NCBI GenBank assembly: GCA_050173015.1
Contig: JBFXLE010000014.1
Span: 36,474 to 100,473 of the forward strand
Length of the DNA: 64,000 bases
Origin: Calditrichaceae bacterium
GTDB taxonomy: Bacteria; Calditrichota; Calditrichia; Calditrichales; JBFXGD01
Direction of reading: 5' to 3'
Shown here: one piece after another, positions 59,210 through 64,000 of the stretch
Position numbering within the stretch: the stretch's first letter is position 1
How the letters are laid out: each line of letters starts with the position of its first letter
Position numbers and translations under genes: made by a program
Notes under the pieces: model-generated
The model's database searches: none
Seen by the model: the letters and a program-made list of their open reading frames with translations, nothing else
What the model was told of the DNA's origin: nothing

Positions 59210-60655
59210 ATGATTAATGAAAGTAAAATAAATGTCATTGAAAAGAATCCTCTGTATTTGGAATACGACAACAATACAGTTATTATAATAGTGCCTGAAA
59301 AACCTTTGTGGCTCAAAACGTCAACAACAGGAAAATGGATTTATGAACAAATTAAATCTAGTCATTTAAATATCAATGAATTGATAAGGTTAGCAGCAAA
59401 GAATTATTCTCTCCCAAAAGATGCATTAAAAGATTCGATCACAAACCTCATTTGTCAGCTTGAAGAAAATAATTTTATAAAATTTTCATCAGATACAAGT
59501 TTAACTTATAAGGACGATAACAATTTAAATCAAGTTAAACAAAAGAAATTAGAATTAAAGAATGATGAACTCCCAAAATTAGGACTAATAAACGTATGGT
59601 TTAATATTCTGTCTACTTGCAATTTATCATGTGATCATTGTTTTTTACACAAAGAAAAAAAAAGTAAACCAATTTCTTTTGAAGATGCAAAGTTTATTAT
59701 AAGCAATCTTGTTAAATTAAAACCGAAAAGATTAAATATCTCCGGTGGTGAACCATTGCTTCATCCAAATCTATTAGAGATATTGCAGTATGCAAAAGAT
59801 AGCTTCGATTGGGAAATTGTATTGGTTACAAATGGTCAAACTGAAAATGAGGAACTTATTAAATCTATTTCTGGATATTTATCATACATCCAAATTTCTA
59901 TTGACGGAATAAACTCTAGTACGAATGATAGAATACGTGGTACCGGTACATTTAAAAGAGCGGTGAACATTTTTAAAATATTGCATAGGATGAATAGCAG
60001 TTTAAAAAAATGTATTTCTTTTACACCTCATCCAGAAAATGTAAGCCAAATACCAGATTTATTTAAATTTGCAATTTCATTAGATGCTGATTTAATATAT
60101 ATCACTAAGCCTAAAATTCCGTCCAACAACAACAATGATCGATTTGATTCTTCAGAGTTTTTATCTCTACATTTTAGAGAAAAGGTATATTCACAATATG
60201 ATAAATTAATTAAAATATACATGGAATTAACAAAAGCAAACACCAATTCAACCAATATTAAGATGCCAATCGTTGATCCATTTTTTGATCCATCTCTTAA
60301 TTTATTAAATCCAATTAAAAGAGCTTGCTGTGGTGCTGGTGGAAGTATTCTTTTCATAAATGAATTAGGGGAATGTTATCCTTGTGCGGCATTAAATAGA
60401 CCTGAATTGAGTCTAGGTAATTTATTTAATACAAGCCTTGAGGAAATTTACTATAACAACTCAATTGCAGACTTTAGACAAAGCATTCATGTTGATAATA
60501 TCGATGAATGCCAAGAATGTTGTTTCAAATACATATGTGCTGGTGATTGTAGAGCATTATCTTATGAAATAAAAGACAAAACGCCATATTGTGAATTAAT
60601 AAAACAAAGATATCATAAACTTTTAAAAAATGTTTATTTGCCAAAACAATTATGA
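59210..60655 (+). CDS. RRE(PqqD)-radical SAM-SPASM peptide maturase
   Basis: N-terminal PqqD-like TG.WI...L...Y......L...L; CNLSCDHC; SGGEPLLHP; SPASM CGAG..YPC..CQEC..ICAGDCRA..YC. Confidence 0.9.
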   Translation: MINESKINVIEKNPLYLEYDNNTVIIIVPEKPLWLKTSTTGKWIYEQIKSSHLNINELIRLAAKNYSLPKDALKDSITNLICQLEENNFIKFSSDTSLTYKDDNNLNQVKQKKLELKNDELPKLGLINVWFNILSTCNLSCDHCFLHKEKKSKPISFEDAKFIISNLVKLKPKRLNISGGEPLLHPNLLEILQYAKDSFDWEIVLVTNGQTENEELIKSISGYLSYIQISIDGINSSTNDRIRGTGTFKRAVNIFKILHRMNSSLKKCISFTPHPENVSQIPDLFKFAISLDADLIYITKPKIPSNNNNDRFDSSEFLSLHFREKVYSQYDKLIKIYMELTKANTNSTNIKMPIVDPFFDPSLNLLNPIKRACCGAGGSILFINELGECYPCAALNRPELSLGNLFNTSLEEIYYNNSIADFRQSIHVDNIDECQECCFKYICAGDCRALSYEIKDKTPYCELIKQRYHKLLKNVYLPKQL

Positions 60656-60927
60656 AAACCTATTATAATAATTTATCAATTAAAGCAACTTCATGGATAA
60701 GATTCGAAAATTATATAAAAGTACCTAATCCATTTACTCAAAGAGAAGTCTTCTTAACAAATGAAAAAGCGGACATCTTTGTACTAATTGACTATGGTTA
60801 TAACCAAGAGGAAATACTCAGCAAATTAAAACCAAAATATAGTAATATTACAATGAATGAAATTATTAAAATTATTAACTTACTATTAGAACTAGATGTT
60901 ATTCAAGAAGTAGATCAATTCGATTAA
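60652..60927 (+). CDS. Stand-alone PqqD/RRE-like protein
   Basis: NP..REVFL.NE.ADIF.LID....EEI..L..KY......I..LLELDVI winged-helix pattern; ATGA overlap with the rSAM gene. Confidence 0.7.
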   Translation: MKTYYNNLSIKATSWIRFENYIKVPNPFTQREVFLTNEKADIFVLIDYGYNQEEILSKLKPKYSNITMNEIIKIINLLLELDVIQEVDQFD

Positions 60928-60942
60928 TATATTGGAGTTTAT

Positions 60943-61152
60943 ATGAATAGCTTAGAAAGTTATCTAAATGAAAGGATTGTACTGACATGTTTGAATGAGA
61001 TTAGTTATGCAGGAACTGTAAATAAAATATTAATGATTGATGATAATAAAGGGTTGCTCTTAAAAATTGATGAATTATCCGGCTTTTCAGTTTGGTGTCC
61101 ACAAAATTTTATTAAGGATATATTAATCATACCTATACCAAAATTAGATTGA
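60943..61152 (+). CDS. Small hypothetical protein, possible Sm/LSm-like fold
   Basis: GGAG RBS; LESYLNERIVLTCLNEISYAGTVNKI resembles an Sm1 motif. Confidence 0.55.
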   Translation: MNSLESYLNERIVLTCLNEISYAGTVNKILMIDDNKGLLLKIDELSGFSVWCPQNFIKDILIIPIPKLD

Positions 61153-61159
61153 TAAAAAA

Positions 61160-61816
61160 ATGAACGATATTTATCTGATATTTTTGACTTGTTACTTATT
61201 ATTGATAATCCTATATACTTTTAGTTTTTTTCTTTTAATAGAATATCCAAATAAGTTAATAATTTTAAGATCAGTATTAGGTCGTCTATATTTTATTAAA
61301 AATATTAAAGGTAATGAAAATGACATTATTTATCAATCTAGTATTGAAGGTTGTGGTTTAGCAACAATAAAAATGCTTTTTAAAAGGTTGAAAATTATTG
61401 AAACTATAGCTGATGATTTGATTATTAATTATAATTTTTCTTTGGACATGAAATCTATGTCAGGAATTATTGAAAGTACAGGATTTAATACGACTGGTTA
61501 TAGATTCGCTTCTATACGACAATTCGAAAATTTTTATCAATTAAACCCTGATAGTTACATAATATTGTTGATGAAAAGATATGATACTATAGATCAGATT
61601 TCATTAATGACGATTGTATTTTTTCCTGTTTATGTAATAACTGATTTTTTAAATAAACTAAAACTATTAAATTTTCCAGATTTTCATTGGGTTATATTAG
61701 ATAAATTCTCAGAAAAGGGAGCAGTGTTATCAGATCCATTTTTTGGGAAAATATTGTTGACTTCCTCTAGGTTCAAGAGTTGTTGGAGTAGATATGGATT
61801 AGTAATAAATAAGTGA
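61160..61816 (+). CDS. Membrane-anchored C39-family cysteine peptidase
   Basis: YQSSIEGCGLA (Q/C), FHWVIL (H), SDPFFG (D), F...W; N-terminal TM. Confidence 0.8.
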   Translation: MNDIYLIFLTCYLLLIILYTFSFFLLIEYPNKLIILRSVLGRLYFIKNIKGNENDIIYQSSIEGCGLATIKMLFKRLKIIETIADDLIINYNFSLDMKSMSGIIESTGFNTTGYRFASIRQFENFYQLNPDSYIILLMKRYDTIDQISLMTIVFFPVYVITDFLNKLKLLNFPDFHWVILDKFSEKGAVLSDPFFGKILLTSSRFKSCWSRYGLVINK

Positions 61817-61822
61817 GTTAAA

Positions 61823-62584
61823 ATGATAAATGTGAAAAACATATTTAAAACTTACGATGACAAGACGTTTGCTCTTGAAGATGTAAGTTTTAATCTTGAA
61901 CAAGGTCAAATAGTAACTGTTTTAGGTCATAATGGAGCAGGGAAATCCACGCTTCTTAAAATTATTGCAACTGTACTGGCTCCGACACAGGGGGAAGTTC
62001 ATTTTGATTCTATTTGTCTGACAAAAGCAAATCAAGACCAATTAAGAAATATAAAAAGAACTATTGGTTTTCTTACAGAAGATCCGAATCTTTTTGATAA
62101 TTTTACACCATTCGAGTATTTAACCTATTTGGGACAGCTATATGGGATTAACGATGATACAATACTAAAAACTAAGATTAACGATTTATTCATCTTATTT
62201 AATATTGATAAAGGTGAAACAAAATTTATAGACAAATATTCTTCTGGTTTGAAGAAAAGAATAGCTCTAGCGGGGGTTATGATCAACGAACCAAAGTTGG
62301 TTATATTGGATGAACCCACAAACAATCTCGATCCGGTTGGCGTCAAACTATTTATACAATTGATGCAAAATATTAAATCAAAAGGTACTTCTGTTGTTCT
62401 TGCTACGCATCAGCTTGAAATTGCAGAAAGAATTTCTGATGTGATTGTTGTGATCGATCATGGTAGAATTATATTTAAGGGTACTTTATCTTTACTGGAA
62501 AATATGTTTAATAAGATAAAAACAAATAAATCACTTGAAAATTTGTATACATTATTAGTAGAGGACGAGGCATTTGTTGAATGA
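61823..62584 (+). CDS. ABC transporter ATP-binding protein
   Basis: GHNGAGKST, YSSGLKKR, ILDEPTNNLD, ATH. Confidence 0.93.
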   Translation: MINVKNIFKTYDDKTFALEDVSFNLEQGQIVTVLGHNGAGKSTLLKIIATVLAPTQGEVHFDSICLTKANQDQLRNIKRTIGFLTEDPNLFDNFTPFEYLTYLGQLYGINDDTILKTKINDLFILFNIDKGETKFIDKYSSGLKKRIALAGVMINEPKLVILDEPTNNLDPVGVKLFIQLMQNIKSKGTSVVLATHQLEIAERISDVIVVIDHGRIIFKGTLSLLENMFNKIKTNKSLENLYTLLVEDEAFVE

Positions 62585-64000
62585 AATTACAAAAAGTGTA
62601 ATAATATTATATAAAACAAAATTAATAAATCATTATAGAAATTCATTTGTATTTAGGCTGTTGTTTGGTAGCCAACTATCTATTAATCATATAATTATAA
62701 CCCATGCAATTATTGTATTGTTGTATTTTGCTTTGTTTTATGTTTTGCCTTTCCAGTTACCCGAAATAATGCATTCAATTGCATTAAATTTGACGGACTA
62801 TATCGTTTACAGAGAATTTGTATGCAACTTATTCTTAGCGTATTTATTTTTTATGGGTATGCTTGTCGGCATGAATATGATCTTTGATATTACTATTAAT
62901 GAAAATATTCATTTTTTAAAACTCCCCACTATTATCGATGATTTAGTTTATTATAGACTAATAGAAGCAATATTGATAATTCTTAAGAACAGCTTCTACT
63001 TTACGTTACCGTTAATTTTATATATAGCAATTCTATCTTTTTCGCAAACAAGTCAGATCATGTTATATGTATTTTCCTATTTATGGATTTCCTTCTTAAT
63101 ATATTTTTTTGGGATTCTTCTATTTCTATTGTTAAAACGAATACTCAAAAAAATGAAACCCGAACGCTTATTTGTTAATATTATATTAGGATCTATAATT
63201 TTATTTGCTGTTACCGTTCGGGTACTAAAGGACAATAATATATTTCTTAATGAATTCTTATTTTGGTTAAATACTAATCATTATAATATTTATTTTTCCC
63301 CGGCTCATTTGGTACATAATATTATTGTAAGCAATAACAACAGCTTATTGATTGCTTTTTCATTTTTAATACCACTAATATTAATCTTGATTTTATTATT
63401 TGATCAAACTATAAAATTATTAAAAGTGTCTTACAAAAATATACATCTTTATCCAACATCAAAGGTGGTCTGTCAAAAATCGATATCATTTTTAACATAT
63501 AACAAGATAAATAATTTTTTGATGATTATTCCCATAAAAATCAGACCATTTATTATCAAAGATATTCTTACTTTAATACGTAAGCCATTTTTTCTGTTAA
63601 AGTTAATTCTATTTTTCCTATTTATAATAATTTTAACTTTATATCCTTTTGAACAAAAATCAAATATAGATTTTAATTTATTCCTTCTATATATCATTCC
63701 TTCATATATAATAAGCTTATTATTTATTAATTCTATTGGATTTGAAAAAAGTAATATATATCTGATTAAACGTTTGTTTCCTTCTTCTTTTAAATTTCTA
63801 ATGACCAGATTTCAAATTAATTTGTTTTGTTCAGTTATTATTTTATTCCCGATATTATCATTTTACTCATTGATTAACTTTGTGTCTATTACTTTAATTG
63901 AAACGTTGTTTAGGTTTTTTCTTGTATTTTTCAGCATTATTATAATGACAGTATTGGTAACGGGATATTCTGCATCGTTTTCTTTATTTAAAAATAAATA
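62577..64000 (+). CDS. ABC exporter permease (3'-truncated; absent from the ORF track)
   Basis: Hand translation: frame from TTG 62574/62577 (GAGG RBS) stays open to the window end; multi-TM; IIKDILTLIRKP and NSIGFEKSNIYLIK motifs. Confidence 0.8.
   Translation, partial: MNEITKSVIILYKTKLINHYRNSFVFRLLFGSQLSINHIIITHAIIVLLYFALFYVLPFQLPEIMHSIALNLTDYIVYREFVCNLFLAYLFFMGMLVGMNMIFDITINENIHFLKLPTIIDDLVYYRLIEAILIILKNSFYFTLPLILYIAILSFSQTSQIMLYVFSYLWISFLIYFFGILLFLLLKRILKKMKPERLFVNIILGSIILFAVTVRVLKDNNIFLNEFLFWLNTNHYNIYFSPAHLVHNIIVSNNNSLLIAFSFLIPLILILILLFDQTIKLLKVSYKNIHLYPTSKVVCQKSISFLTYNKINNFLMIIPIKIRPFIIKDILTLIRKPFFLLKLILFFLFIIILTLYPFEQKSNIDFNLFLLYIIPSYIISLLFINSIGFEKSNIYLIKRLFPSSFKFLMTRFQINLFCSVIILFPILSFYSLINFVSITLIETLFRFFLVFFSIIIMTVLVTGYSASFSLFKNK

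Noticed and set aside
62581-62601. ATG-started MKLQKV micro-ORF, and minus-strand ORF 63473-63697
   Set aside because: Both lie within the long permease frame that starts at TTG 62574/62577

Overview
Bacterial chromosomal window, almost entirely coding. It probably comes from an FCB-related or Calditrichota-like lineage, inferred only from an 'NYPNPFNP' FlgD/T9SS-type C-terminal domain, a DUF3857 pair and a PEGA kinase. In order it holds: a partial TPR gene and an alpha/beta hydrolase; a Nal1-like serine protease, a stand-alone copy of its N-terminal domain and an amidase; a three-gene signalling operon; a MacAB-type ABC exporter; a cluster of PAP2, class III cyclase, ppk1, a YjiK-like propeller, a kinase-like/Omp85 fusion and an HD-Pycsar-effector fusion, interrupted by a ~730-bp REP/BIME-like array; a DUF2231/OmpR-TCS/secreted rubrerythrin module with shared 11-bp-phased operators; NhaP, two DUF3857 transglutaminases, nagB, purL and several small enzymes; a Ser/Thr kinase-TPR-large surface protein trio and a hybrid kinase. 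From ~57.2 kb to the window end lies a strongly AT-rich putative RiPP biosynthesis island (B12 radical SAM, RRE-rSAM/SPASM, PqqD, Sm-like ORF, C39 peptidase, ABC exporter) whose precursor is not visible. No rRNA, tRNA, CRISPR array or transposase was recognised. All family calls come from reading motifs by eye, not from database searches.
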